DNA of 64,000 bases, from the IMG/VR virus record IMGVR_UViG_3300028797_000122; one strand, 5' to 3'. Numbering within the stretch: position 1 is the stretch's first letter; every line of letters begins with the position of its first letter. Positions 47,045 to 56,109 of this stretch are shown one piece after another. A program made the translations under genes and the position numbers. The DNA is from an uncultured virus (IMG/VR IMGVR_UViG_3300028797_000122). Lineage: Duplodnaviria; Heunggongvirae; Uroviricota; Caudoviricetes. The notes below the pieces were generated by a model. It saw only the letters and a list, made by a program, of their open reading frames with translations, had not been told where the DNA came from and searched no databases.

Positions 47045-47851
47045 ATGTCTTTATTCGGTAACAAGAAGCTTCCGAACCCGCCTACATACCAGATACAGGA
47101 TATGGTGGATGACGCAATCAACATGATAATGGCGTCTGGCTATATTTCAAGAAACAGGGCGTACCTTGAAAAGATGGAAAGGGTGTCGTTTGAATATACC
47201 CCAGAGTTGATAGCCAACTCGTTCGCCAACTATGGCGGAAACAACAGGTATCACGTTTATACATTCGCCGGGTTAAGTCTCCTGATATGTACTTGTGCTT
47301 CTATCTTCACGGTATACACGAAGACTCACAAGACGAATCAGGTTAAAAGGGCACTTAAATGGTTGTTTAGCCATGCGTTGGTTGAAGACGAGGCGTACGG
47401 ACAGACATGGGACTTTGTCGATGAGGTTAAGATTGAGCTATTCTACAAGAAGTTCCCCGAATATCTTGTCAAGGAATACTATCCGCAGTATACAGAACTC
47501 GCCCGCAAGATGATTGTCTTTGTCCTTGGACATGAAATCGGTCACATCATGCTTGGGCACTTGGACCGCACGAACCATATTCCGAACAATGTGTCCCGCA
47601 ACAACGAACGCTCCTGCGACCTGTTCTCGTGCTCAATCCTGCAAGGCACTGGCGTTGGCAGCTCGTTTGTTGGAGGCCCCGTGTTCCTGACGCTCATATT
47701 CTTCTTCATGGACGACTCGAAATACCGCAACCATCAGTATGGAACCCACCCCGGCCACCGGGACAGGGTTATGAACATGGTACAGTCCTTCAAGAACGAA
47801 CTCCTGTATGCAAACATATCCGAAGCGGATATTCTAAATTTGATGAGGTAA
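47045..47851 (+). CDS. Zn metallopeptidase (M48/U49-like)
   Basis: FVLGHEIGHIMLGH, ERSCDLF and THP...R. Confidence 0.8.
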   Translation: MSLFGNKKLPNPPTYQIQDMVDDAINMIMASGYISRNRAYLEKMERVSFEYTPELIANSFANYGGNNRYHVYTFAGLSLLICTCASIFTVYTKTHKTNQVKRALKWLFSHALVEDEAYGQTWDFVDEVKIELFYKKFPEYLVKEYYPQYTELARKMIVFVLGHEIGHIMLGHLDRTNHIPNNVSRNNERSCDLFSCSILQGTGVGSSFVGGPVFLTLIFFFMDDSKYRNHQYGTHPGHRDRVMNMVQSFKNELLYANISEADILNLMR

Positions 47852-47855
47852 TAGG

Positions 47856-48875
47856 ATGAACAAATTCCTATACATTTACACGTTTTATTCGACAGCCCCT
47901 TGCCGCCTCCGAAATTTCACTGCATCAATCGAACAGCTTAAAACCGTAGACCCGGAAGCCGATATTTGTGTAGTCGAACAGAATGGTCTCACCGAAATCC
48001 CCGAGACCACTTTCCATCACAAGGTCGATATCGACGATACGAAATTCCACAAGACGGAACTCCTTAACTATGCGGTCAAGAATCATCCTGAATACACGCA
48101 TTATGTCATGATTGATGCCGACTCTTGGATTGATGCGGGAGTTGTTGACAATATCCATGAGCACTGCGACGACGCACCGCTTGTATTCCCTTACGAAACC
48201 TGCGTGTATCTTACCGAGGCGCAGACCCGTCGTAAATGCCGTCATGACATGGTTGATATCCCGTTGCAATACAATAGTTCCATACCAATAACCAGGCAAA
48301 CAGGTCTAATCAACTGTTTTAGCCGGGAAACGTACAATCGTGTCGGTGGGTTCGACAACGAGTTTGTCGGATGGGGTGCCGAAGACGATGCCTTCGTATA
48401 TAAAATCCGCCGAGTTACGGGAACCAAGGAAATGCGTTGCAAGGGAGGAGTTGTATTCCATCTGTGGCATCCGAAGGTCAACGACCGTTCTTATCTTGAC
48501 GGGCTGCAATATAAGAAGAATAGGGCATATTGCTCATTGATTCGTCGTATGACTGATGACGAGTTCAGACAATATTTGAACAAGGAAACTACCCTTGACA
48601 CGATTTACACGAGTTTCGTGGAGCGTGGAGGTATCGAGGGCGATGCCAAGCTGAGTATTAGTCCTGACACAAGGCTTAACATAAACACGTCGATTTACTA
48701 CGTTCCTAGCCTTAGGCCTACAATGACAGAATTTCTCACCGAGGTGCTTTATGAGGATGGTCCAGACTATGTAAAACATTTTGTTGACAAATATGTCAAG
48801 AAAGAAAGTGCCTACCCCGAAGTGTTGAAAGCGGTCGAAGATTTCTACGCAAAGAACGGTATCACGGATGATTAG
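47856..48875 (+). CDS. GT-A glycosyltransferase (GT2/GT7 galactosyltransferase-like)
   Basis: VVEQ, FHKTELLN, IDAD (DxD), VGGFDNEFVGWGAEDDAF and HLWH. Confidence 0.85.
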   Translation: MNKFLYIYTFYSTAPCRLRNFTASIEQLKTVDPEADICVVEQNGLTEIPETTFHHKVDIDDTKFHKTELLNYAVKNHPEYTHYVMIDADSWIDAGVVDNIHEHCDDAPLVFPYETCVYLTEAQTRRKCRHDMVDIPLQYNSSIPITRQTGLINCFSRETYNRVGGFDNEFVGWGAEDDAFVYKIRRVTGTKEMRCKGGVVFHLWHPKVNDRSYLDGLQYKKNRAYCSLIRRMTDDEFRQYLNKETTLDTIYTSFVERGGIEGDAKLSISPDTRLNINTSIYYVPSLRPTMTEFLTEVLYEDGPDYVKHFVDKYVKKESAYPEVLKAVEDFYAKNGITDD

Positions 48876-49554
48876 TCAATTTCAAGAGAATCTAGCATTG
48901 GGGGAGCAATCGGCACACAACCAGCTTGCCCTCTCGATTGCATCGGTTCGGCACGACGTTAGGTTTCACGAAGATGACTTTGCGGGCCGACTCTATGGTT
49001 TCTGTGAGGGAGGAACCCTTAGTACGCCATCATCGATGATGCGTTCTTACCGCAGGGTCTACATCAAGTATGACTCGGAGGCGGAATACGATATTCCGTC
49101 TGGTTATCGCATAATCGAGTTTGGTGAAGGTAAAAAATATTTGACATATCCCCTTGCCGGGAACTACCACAGGTTGTTCCCCAAAGTTGACCAGACGGTC
49201 GCTTACGGAAAGCTCCGCACGTTGGAACAGGCGGAACAGTATATCGACACTTTGTGCAAGATTGGTGGCAAAATAGTCCTTGCCAATATCGGGGAAAAAG
49301 ACTATATTTACAGGATAAAGGACGCACTGGATGCAAAGGGCATCTCTGTCGTCGTCCCACAGAACCATTCGTTCCATGTGCTTGACACTTACCTGCGTTC
49401 GTCGGCAAGGCTGGTACATTTCGGGAACGGGAACCACGGGATGATGTTCGCCAAGGGATGCTTGTATGCACAGGACGGCGTCGATTTTATCACGGACTGC
49501 GACAAGGTTGTTCCAACCGACTTGTCAGAGTTCATCAAGGAAGAACGGTTATGA
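48868..49554 (+). CDS. Hypothetical protein
   Basis: ORF track; coupled to the glycosyltransferase gene. Confidence 0.65.
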   Translation: MISQFQENLALGEQSAHNQLALSIASVRHDVRFHEDDFAGRLYGFCEGGTLSTPSSMMRSYRRVYIKYDSEAEYDIPSGYRIIEFGEGKKYLTYPLAGNYHRLFPKVDQTVAYGKLRTLEQAEQYIDTLCKIGGKIVLANIGEKDYIYRIKDALDAKGISVVVPQNHSFHVLDTYLRSSARLVHFGNGNHGMMFAKGCLYAQDGVDFITDCDKVVPTDLSEFIKEERL

Positions 49555-49811
49555 GCGAAAAGTGCGACAAGGGTCTAATCCTGAAGATTCATATGGCAGG
49601 AATTGAACCAATCGAGTTCAGGAATGTCGGCATAGAAGTGTACGAAGGCCTGAAACGTGACCTTGCGTCTGGACGCCCTTTCATAGAGTTCTCTGCGCTC
49701 ATCCAGAAGGGTTCCGAGAGCTGTAACCAAATGTCCCTCATACCGACAGTCCATATTAAGAAAATTACGTTGGAAGAACCATCAACCGCCGAAAAGGAAG
49801 GGAGAGAGTAA
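49551..49811 (+). CDS. Hypothetical protein
   Basis: ATGA coupling at 49551 (MSEKCDKG...). Confidence 0.6.
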   Translation: MSEKCDKGLILKIHMAGIEPIEFRNVGIEVYEGLKRDLASGRPFIEFSALIQKGSESCNQMSLIPTVHIKKITLEEPSTAEKEGRE

Positions 49812-49812
49812 A

Positions 49813-50865
49813 ATGGATGAAGTCGATTTGCTGGCAGGAACTATTCCTGAACCAGAAGATGTAAAGAAGAGTGTGCCCGTAGCCAAGGGCGGCTATGAAA
49901 TGTGGGTGGTTAAGCACCAGCCGCACACAGTAAGCGAAATGATTCTCCCGGACAATATCAGGAACAAGGTCGAGACGGCATTGCAGCTCAATGCTTTCGG
50001 CCATTACGTGTTCTATTCTAGCGCATCTGGTACTGGCAAGACTACGCTTTCCATGGCTATCCCTAACACGCTCGGGACATCGTTCAAGTTCTTCTCCGCA
50101 AGAGAGCAGTCCGATGTTTTCACTGACATCGAAAGCTATGCCGCACAGGCCTGTGTGAATGGTCTTCCCCGTTTTGTCGTTCTTGACGAGGCTGACCACC
50201 CGAATAAACCCGATGAATTCTACCGTAAGTTGCAGGGGCTTATCGAAGACAGCCAGAGCACCATCCGTTTTATACTTACCTGTAACGAGTTCCATCGTCT
50301 CCCTAACGCAATTTCGTCGAGATGTTTCCCTGTATCTTTCGACTATCCTCGTGATGACCGTAACTTGAAGAATGCGATGTACACGAAGATGATGGAAATC
50401 GCCAGGGAGGAAACCGCCCCGTATTCTGGTACGGTTGACTCGACCACGGTAGCGGAAATTGTGTCCAAGTGCTATCCCGACATGCGATTGATGACCTCCA
50501 CGATGTTCAACAACTTCCTGGAAAACCGTTGCTCCATCAAGGGCGAAGTCAAGGTGGTCTGCATGGAGTATACGAACAAGCTGGTTGACTTTGTCCTTGC
50601 TGGTGATGACCTCGGGGCACGCAAATTCGTGCTTGAAAACTATGTGGATTTCGACAGCTTGTTCCATCGTTTTGCCGAAACCATTATCGAAAAGAATGTT
50701 TTGCCGCCGATGGGAAGGCTTGAATTTTGCGTGATTACGGGCCAGTACGAGCAGATGAGCGAGTTCCAGGTAAGCCCGCACACGGTTGTAAACGCCTATA
50801 TCTCCAAGGTAATCCTGTTGCTCTATAAGTACGGCGTTCTGAAAATGCCGCAAGCCGTAAGGTAA
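49813..50865 (+). CDS. gp44: Sliding-clamp loader ATPase subunit (T4 gp44/RFC-like)
   Basis: WVVKHQP....MILP, SGTGKTT, VVLDEAD, RFILTCN, SRC and YPDMR. Confidence 0.92.
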   Translation: MDEVDLLAGTIPEPEDVKKSVPVAKGGYEMWVVKHQPHTVSEMILPDNIRNKVETALQLNAFGHYVFYSSASGTGKTTLSMAIPNTLGTSFKFFSAREQSDVFTDIESYAAQACVNGLPRFVVLDEADHPNKPDEFYRKLQGLIEDSQSTIRFILTCNEFHRLPNAISSRCFPVSFDYPRDDRNLKNAMYTKMMEIAREETAPYSGTVDSTTVAEIVSKCYPDMRLMTSTMFNNFLENRCSIKGEVKVVCMEYTNKLVDFVLAGDDLGARKFVLENYVDFDSLFHRFAETIIEKNVLPPMGRLEFCVITGQYEQMSEFQVSPHTVVNAYISKVILLLYKYGVLKMPQAVR

Positions 50866-50871
50866 TTCAAT

Positions 50872-51228
50872 ATGAAGTTCAGTGTTTCACAGTTTCTCAG
50901 AAACCGTATGGCGGGAGTTCCTGTTTCTGTTGAGGAGGAGGAAGTGTTCGAGCCGTTCCTTGTACAGGTGGCTCTCGAACGTGACCCGTCCGTGAACGAT
51001 ATCCTTCTCCAAACCAATACGAGGAGCTTCTTCCATCTAACGAAGAAGCTGCAGGCACACGCTTTCGACTGCTTGCAGGGAATGCGGCTAAACATGCAGT
51101 ATAACCCGACCAGGGGTAAGCGTGTTGCCGATATCAAGGAAGAGATTAGGGCCTACATGAAGGAATTTGGATTAGATTACAATTCGGCCAAGGCTATTGT
51201 GCTTGAAAAAGTGGGTATGAAATTATGA
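50872..51228 (+). CDS. gp62: Probable clamp loader small subunit (gp62-like)
   Basis: Directly after gp44; FEPFLV..AL and ..YM.EFG..YN.AK pattern; matching size. Confidence 0.55.
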   Translation: MKFSVSQFLRNRMAGVPVSVEEEEVFEPFLVQVALERDPSVNDILLQTNTRSFFHLTKKLQAHAFDCLQGMRLNMQYNPTRGKRVADIKEEIRAYMKEFGLDYNSAKAIVLEKVGMKL

Positions 51229-52712
51229 TTAACAACGCATTGAAAGAAGAAGGCAAGATTTTTACACCATTGTATATTGTGAACATCCTCCTCGATGTGG
51301 CGAAGTACACGACAGCCGAAAGTATCCTCGAAAAGCATTTCATGGACAACAGCGCAGGTGATGGAAACATCGTCGTTGCCGCCGTTTCCAGATATTGCGT
51401 CGAACATATCCGTCACAACAGCACCAAGGACGGGTTGAAGCATGCTCTCGAAACCTATATCCACGCCATCGAACTCAACAAGGCTAACTTCCGCCAGTTG
51501 AAACGCAGACTGGACGAGGCAGCCTCAATGTATGGCATCACGGATGTCAAATGGGATATCAGAGTCGCCGACGCCCTCTCCGTCCATGACTACGACGGCA
51601 AGATGGACTATGTCGTCGGCAACCCGCCCTATGTCCGTGTTCACAATCTCGGCAAGCTCTACAAGGAAGTCAAGAACTACAAGTTCGCCGACAAGGGTAT
51701 GTGCGACTTGTACCTTGCATTCTTCGAGCTTGGTATCAGGATGCTCAACGATACGGGTAAACTCTCTTACATTACCCCGTCGTCGTGGATGCATTCCACG
51801 TCTGGCACAGGTTTCAGGAAATACCTCCTTGATAACGGCAACCTCTCGTGCCTTATCGACTTCGGTCACAAGCAAGTGTTCAAGGGAATCACGACCTACT
51901 CGATGATTACCTGTATCGACAAGAACCTTAAAGACTCGTATGTCAATGTGGCCAACATCAACGAGCTTGACCAGCTCCTTAACGGAAGGTGCAGGCGACT
52001 GTCCCTCCAAGACATGAATATCGAAGGAAAGTTCTACATCGGCGATTACAGCGACCTCAAAGAACTCCGTGAAATCAGGACAGGAAACTACGAAAAGAAG
52101 GTTGTCGTCAAGAACGGCTTTGCCACACTCAACGACAAGGTTTTCATTGATGCCGATGACCTCCCGAGGATGTACTGCATTCCCGTCTTGAAGGCTTCTA
52201 CGGGCAAGTGGGGAACATGTTTCTACCCGTATGATGCGACTGGCCATGCTATCGCCCAGGAAGACCTGTTGAAACCTCATCGTTTCGGCGACTCGATGGA
52301 CGACTCCGTCGAGGCATTCCTTATCCACCACAAGGCCGAACTCTTGAAGGGCAGGAAGGAAAAGCCTGGGCTGGACTGGACCCACTTTGGTAGAACACAG
52401 GCTATCGGCGACGTGTACAAGGGAAAGCTTGCCGTGAATACGGTAATCAAGGACCCGGACACGGTAAAGGTGAACCACGTTGAGCCGGGAAAGGGCGTTT
52501 ACTCCGGCCTGTATATCATGGGTAACGAATGCCGAGTCCCAGTGCCGACCCTGACAGCATTGTTGACGGAAAAGAGATTTACCGACTACGTGGCTCTGTT
52601 GAAGAACTACAAGAGCGGCGGTTACTACACATTTAGCTCCCACGACTTGGAATGCTACCTAAATTACAGGTTGAGCCTTGTTAAGGAGAAACAAATTATC
52701 TATATTGGATAA
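51225..52712 (+). CDS. N6-adenine DNA methyltransferase (gamma class, Eco57I/TaqI-like)
   Basis: IFTP, DNSAGDGN (motif I), VVGNPPY (motif IV), DLYLAFFE and YITPSSW. Confidence 0.9.
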   Translation: MINNALKEEGKIFTPLYIVNILLDVAKYTTAESILEKHFMDNSAGDGNIVVAAVSRYCVEHIRHNSTKDGLKHALETYIHAIELNKANFRQLKRRLDEAASMYGITDVKWDIRVADALSVHDYDGKMDYVVGNPPYVRVHNLGKLYKEVKNYKFADKGMCDLYLAFFELGIRMLNDTGKLSYITPSSWMHSTSGTGFRKYLLDNGNLSCLIDFGHKQVFKGITTYSMITCIDKNLKDSYVNVANINELDQLLNGRCRRLSLQDMNIEGKFYIGDYSDLKELREIRTGNYEKKVVVKNGFATLNDKVFIDADDLPRMYCIPVLKASTGKWGTCFYPYDATGHAIAQEDLLKPHRFGDSMDDSVEAFLIHHKAELLKGRKEKPGLDWTHFGRTQAIGDVYKGKLAVNTVIKDPDTVKVNHVEPGKGVYSGLYIMGNECRVPVPTLTALLTEKRFTDYVALLKNYKSGGYYTFSSHDLECYLNYRLSLVKEKQIIYIG

Positions 52713-52718
52713 TGAAAT

Positions 52719-53117
52719 ATGACTACGCCTAACAACCCAGAGTATTTTTGCAGCCTAGCCAAACGGTTAGTATTAACCGAAGCTAAACTGAAATCCGTCG
52801 TCAGGACGCTCGTAAAGAAGTCCATGCCCGCAGGGTATGAACTTCGTTCTATTATCGAAATGGACAGGGTATTCTTGTCCTATCGGGCGGAACTCTGCAA
52901 CAGGCGCAAGCCTGACAAGCGGATGCTTTGCGATTTCGAGTATAAGGATGAAAAGCTGGAAATTTGCGCATCGTGCGTAAACAGGTACAGCCAGTACTAT
53001 GTCTATCCAGACAAGCCGTACGGTTTGAAATGCAGCAACGCCACGGAGACTTTCCCGTACGATGAAGGAAAGCTTACGGAAACCCTTAAAATCTTTGATA
53101 CCTTGGAGAAAATATGA
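52719..53117 (+). CDS. Hypothetical protein
   Basis: ORF track. Confidence 0.6.
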   Translation: MTTPNNPEYFCSLAKRLVLTEAKLKSVVRTLVKKSMPAGYELRSIIEMDRVFLSYRAELCNRRKPDKRMLCDFEYKDEKLEICASCVNRYSQYYVYPDKPYGLKCSNATETFPYDEGKLTETLKIFDTLEKI

Positions 53118-53266
53118 AAAGACCATATGTGAAGCCAAACATGGAAATCATCGAAAGTGATGTAAAGACCCAGTTGCTTGCTGGTTCGGGTGAAGACTCT
53201 GGAAACCCGTATTGGGACCCTCCTCCAGACAAGGAAGGATGTGAAACGCCGTGGTGGTGCCCGTAA
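53114..53266 (+). CDS. 50-aa peptide with a YxKP...LLAGS leader (RiPP-precursor-like)
   Basis: MKRPYVKPNMEIIESDVKTQLLAGSGEDSGNPYWDPPPDKEGCETPWWCP. GGAG RBS and ATGA coupling. Below the ORF-track cutoff. Confidence 0.7.
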   Translation: MKRPYVKPNMEIIESDVKTQLLAGSGEDSGNPYWDPPPDKEGCETPWWCP

Positions 53267-53281
53267 CAGGAGGACAGGAAC

Positions 53282-53467
53282 ATGTGTAACGATGAACAGG
53301 AAAAGGTAATGCACCTCCAATGCAGTGACGGAGTCTTGAACTTCGCTATTCGGGCATACATTGAATCCGAACTTGTACGGGACTTAATCGATAAGAAGCC
53401 TGGATGGATTGCTTCTCATACGATGCGTGATGTAGCCGACGAACTCGAAGAACTCTACATGAAGTAG
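53282..53467 (+). CDS. Small hypothetical protein
   Basis: ORF track; AGGAGG RBS. Confidence 0.65.
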   Translation: MCNDEQEKVMHLQCSDGVLNFAIRAYIESELVRDLIDKKPGWIASHTMRDVADELEELYMK

Positions 53468-53480
53468 GAGGCATGGGAAA

Positions 53481-53636
53481 ATGAAACCGCTTAAATTTCA
53501 GCATTTTTATGGAACGTATGAGTCCAGGACTAGCGCTGCGGCGAAATGCTGCGAGTTTGTAAATGAGAATAAAATAGAGGTTGTATCTATCTCTCATTGC
53601 GAGTACGATGTCTTCCTTTACTATCGGGAAAAATAA
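53481..53636 (+). CDS. Small hypothetical protein (51 aa)
   Basis: Manual translation MKPLKFQHFYG...FVNENKIEVVSISH...LYYREK; fills the gap in the operon. Confidence 0.55.
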   Translation: MKPLKFQHFYGTYESRTSAAAKCCEFVNENKIEVVSISHCEYDVFLYYREK

Positions 53637-53655
53637 TAACCTGAAAGAGGCCTAT

Positions 53656-54105
53656 ATGTCATTGAGATGCCAAATGGAAATCAACTGGTACGAAGTGGGA
53701 AAGGAAACTCCCCGTGAAGGAATGCTTCTATTCCTCGTAAGCGAAAAGGAAACCGACCTCATCTATACGGGATACAGTACTGGCGGTCAGTTCCGAATAA
53801 CGGGTCAGCTCGGCGGTATCTTGCCGCTCAAAGAGACGAAATTTACCCATTTCGCCTATGTTAACAACAATATGCTCCCGAAGAACTGCAAGCCGGGTTG
53901 TCTCGGTAGCGGTTGGCATCTTGCCAAGGACGAACTTCCTCCAGACGATGAACCTGTCGCCATCTGGCCTCCGTTCCAGAGTCAGCGCTTCGCCGTGTGG
54001 AACAAGGAATGCGACTGCTGGGATAGCGAGGACGGCGACGATTACATGTGCGACAAGGATGTCGTCGAAATGTGGTATCCTATCAACTGGGGAGGCGTAC
54101 AATGA
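53656..54105 (+). CDS. DUF551-like protein (two W....LP-type modules)
   Basis: INWYEVGKETP...THFAY and GWHLAKDELP...VEMWYPI. GAGG RBS before ATG 53656. Confidence 0.6.
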   Translation: MSLRCQMEINWYEVGKETPREGMLLFLVSEKETDLIYTGYSTGGQFRITGQLGGILPLKETKFTHFAYVNNNMLPKNCKPGCLGSGWHLAKDELPPDDEPVAIWPPFQSQRFAVWNKECDCWDSEDGDDYMCDKDVVEMWYPINWGGVQ

Positions 54106-54287
54106 TAGACCATGAACGAGAAGCCGAACTTCTAGGCATTGCCGCTGCCAATCTCTCTAATGCGAAGGAAGCCATGGTAGCTGTGTCCAGGATGCACTGG
54201 GGTTCTGACAAGGCCCTAGTTAACATGGCCCAGAATATAGGCAGCATTCTTGAAGATGTCCTAACTTACGGAAAACCAAACGAATAA
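54102..54287 (+). CDS. Small hypothetical protein
   Basis: ATGA coupling and GGAGG RBS. Confidence 0.6.
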   Translation: MIDHEREAELLGIAAANLSNAKEAMVAVSRMHWGSDKALVNMAQNIGSILEDVLTYGKPNE

Positions 54288-54296
54288 AGGAAATAT

Positions 54297-54836
54297 ATGA
54301 TTACCCCATCGAGTTTCAAGAAAACCTGTACAGAAGTTTTTGGTGAAGCCAACTGTGAGTTCAAGGAATACCGTGATACCATAGTTTACCACTATATCGA
54401 CTGCGTCGTGGACGGTGCGAAGGTGGCTAAGCTAACCATCCGTGATGATGACCTCAGCACATCCTGCTGGGTATCGATTAAGAATGTGTGTATCGACGTA
54501 CACTACAATTTCACATTAAAACGCCGTCTTAAACAGGCGGCCAAGCTGAGTTCGTCTACTCGTAAGAAACTGTTCGATATCTATTACGATATCACGAAAA
54601 AATTTCCTGACCTTAATAGCAGAGCCTGCGTTATTTTGGTTACCCACTATCTGGCTAACGTGGAGTTTTCCAGCTATGATGATATAAGGTCGTTCTATAG
54701 GGGCCTGTTTGTGAGTATTACTAAGAACAGCCCGGAAATTTTTCATCAGCTTGCTACCGATATGGAAGACTATTTCCATTCTATGCTTGCTGAGGAGATG
54801 AAAAACCGTTTACAGTCTAGTACGCCAAGTAAGTAA
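54297..54836 (+). CDS. Hypothetical protein
   Basis: ORF track. Confidence 0.7.
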   Translation: MITPSSFKKTCTEVFGEANCEFKEYRDTIVYHYIDCVVDGAKVAKLTIRDDDLSTSCWVSIKNVCIDVHYNFTLKRRLKQAAKLSSSTRKKLFDIYYDITKKFPDLNSRACVILVTHYLANVEFSSYDDIRSFYRGLFVSITKNSPEIFHQLATDMEDYFHSMLAEEMKNRLQSSTPSK

Positions 54837-54859
54837 ATGAGGGATAAGGAAGGATAACG

Positions 54860-55093
54860 ATGATTAGTGAAGACCAGAAAAAAGAAATCAATGAGCTTGT
54901 CGAACAGATGAAGTCGGAGGTCAAGGAAGACCATACGATTAGTGATGTTCTTCAAGATTGGGCCGAGTACTCTCTGACTGCGACATGGCGCCAATGTGAA
55001 AATGTCATATTGGCCGCATATCAAATCGGTAAAGAACATGGAAGAAATGAGACGCTTGACAATCAACAAAAGGAGGTAACCCATGGTAACTAG
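54860..55093 (+). CDS. Small hypothetical protein
   Basis: ORF track; RBS. Confidence 0.65.
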   Translation: MISEDQKKEINELVEQMKSEVKEDHTISDVLQDWAEYSLTATWRQCENVILAAYQIGKEHGRNETLDNQQKEVTHGN

Positions 55094-55352
55094 AAAAGAA
55101 CTTGCCGAGGCAATGCTTAAAAACGACAAACTCAAACTGGGTGTGACCGAAAAGTTTTACGACCGTGAGTACCAATGTGCCTACTGCGGCGACAAGGGTC
55201 AGGTTATTTTCGACCAAGATAATCAGGAACTTGACCGCTATGAAAACGACTTCTGTGTTGCGGCCCTTCCTGTCGAGTCAGTGAAACAAGCCATTACCGC
55301 TCTGGAAGCGTACGTTGATACCGGGGAGCTTCCCGATGAGGAATATGTCTAA
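55083..55352 (+). CDS. Hypothetical protein, paralogue A (CAYC motif)
   Basis: 89 aa; colinear with the next ORF. Confidence 0.8.
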   Translation: MVTRKELAEAMLKNDKLKLGVTEKFYDREYQCAYCGDKGQVIFDQDNQELDRYENDFCVAALPVESVKQAITALEAYVDTGELPDEEYV

Positions 55353-55397
55353 TGGACTTAATAACGATGTTTAACAATGAACAAAAGGTGGTAAACT

Positions 55398-55667
55398 ATG
55401 ATAACTAGACAAGAACTTGCTAATGCAATGCTCAGAAGTTACAAACTCAAAATGGGAGTGGTAGAAAAGTACAACGGCAGCGACGACCAATGTGCATACT
55501 GTGACAATAACGGTCAGGTAGTCTTCGACCAGACCACCCAGACGATTGAACGATACGAAAACGGTTCCGCCGTTGCTCGTGTTACTGTCGGGGCCATAGA
55601 ACCAGCTGTCGTAGCGATGGAAGAGTATGCGACTACGGGTCACCTTACCGCAGAAATTTATCTCTAA
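55398..55667 (+). CDS. Hypothetical protein, paralogue B (CAYC motif)
   Basis: 89 aa; colinear with the previous ORF. Confidence 0.8.
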   Translation: MITRQELANAMLRSYKLKMGVVEKYNGSDDQCAYCDNNGQVVFDQTTQTIERYENGSAVARVTVGAIEPAVVAMEEYATTGHLTAEIYL

Positions 55668-55680
55668 TGGGCATTTGATA

Positions 55681-55863
55681 ATGACATCCAGAAACAAGCA
55701 CGAGAAACTGAACGGGAGAAAACTGACTAGGTCGACTCCCCGAGATTGCAGGAGCAGCCAGAGGAACGAGCATGCAAAGCGTGGAGCGTTCTATGACCAG
55801 AGCATACGGCAGCGCTTGAATATGGAAGCAAAGGTTGAAATCGTAGATGCTGCACAGGAGTAA
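55681..55863 (+). CDS. Small basic hypothetical protein
   Basis: ATG 55681 within the tracked ORF. Confidence 0.5.
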   Translation: MTSRNKHEKLNGRKLTRSTPRDCRSSQRNEHAKRGAFYDQSIRQRLNMEAKVEIVDAAQE

Positions 55864-55867
55864 CGTT

Positions 55868-56086
55868 ATGGCAAAGCTTGAAGTTACTGACGTTATTGAA
55901 AAGGAAGGGCGTACTTGCTTCTACTGCAAAGATACCCTGATTTTCAGTTCTCCTACACAGGTTCCCGAGAAGTTCCAGGTATCTCAGGAGGCATGGGACA
56001 ATGCTCGTCAAATGTGTGTGGATGCCCGCATAAGGGGCAACTGGGTTGGTGAGGATATTACCAATCCGATTCCGTTTGAAGGTTAA
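55868..56086 (+). CDS. Small hypothetical protein
   Basis: AGGAG RBS before ATG 55868. Confidence 0.65.
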   Translation: MAKLEVTDVIEKEGRTCFYCKDTLIFSSPTQVPEKFQVSQEAWDNARQMCVDARIRGNWVGEDITNPIPFEG

Positions 56087-56109
56087 CAATAAAATGAGGA
56101 ATAGGTGAT

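Noticed and set aside
51225..52712. Complete restriction-modification system
   Set aside because: No recognisable endonuclease next to the methyltransferase; treated as an orphan protective MTase.
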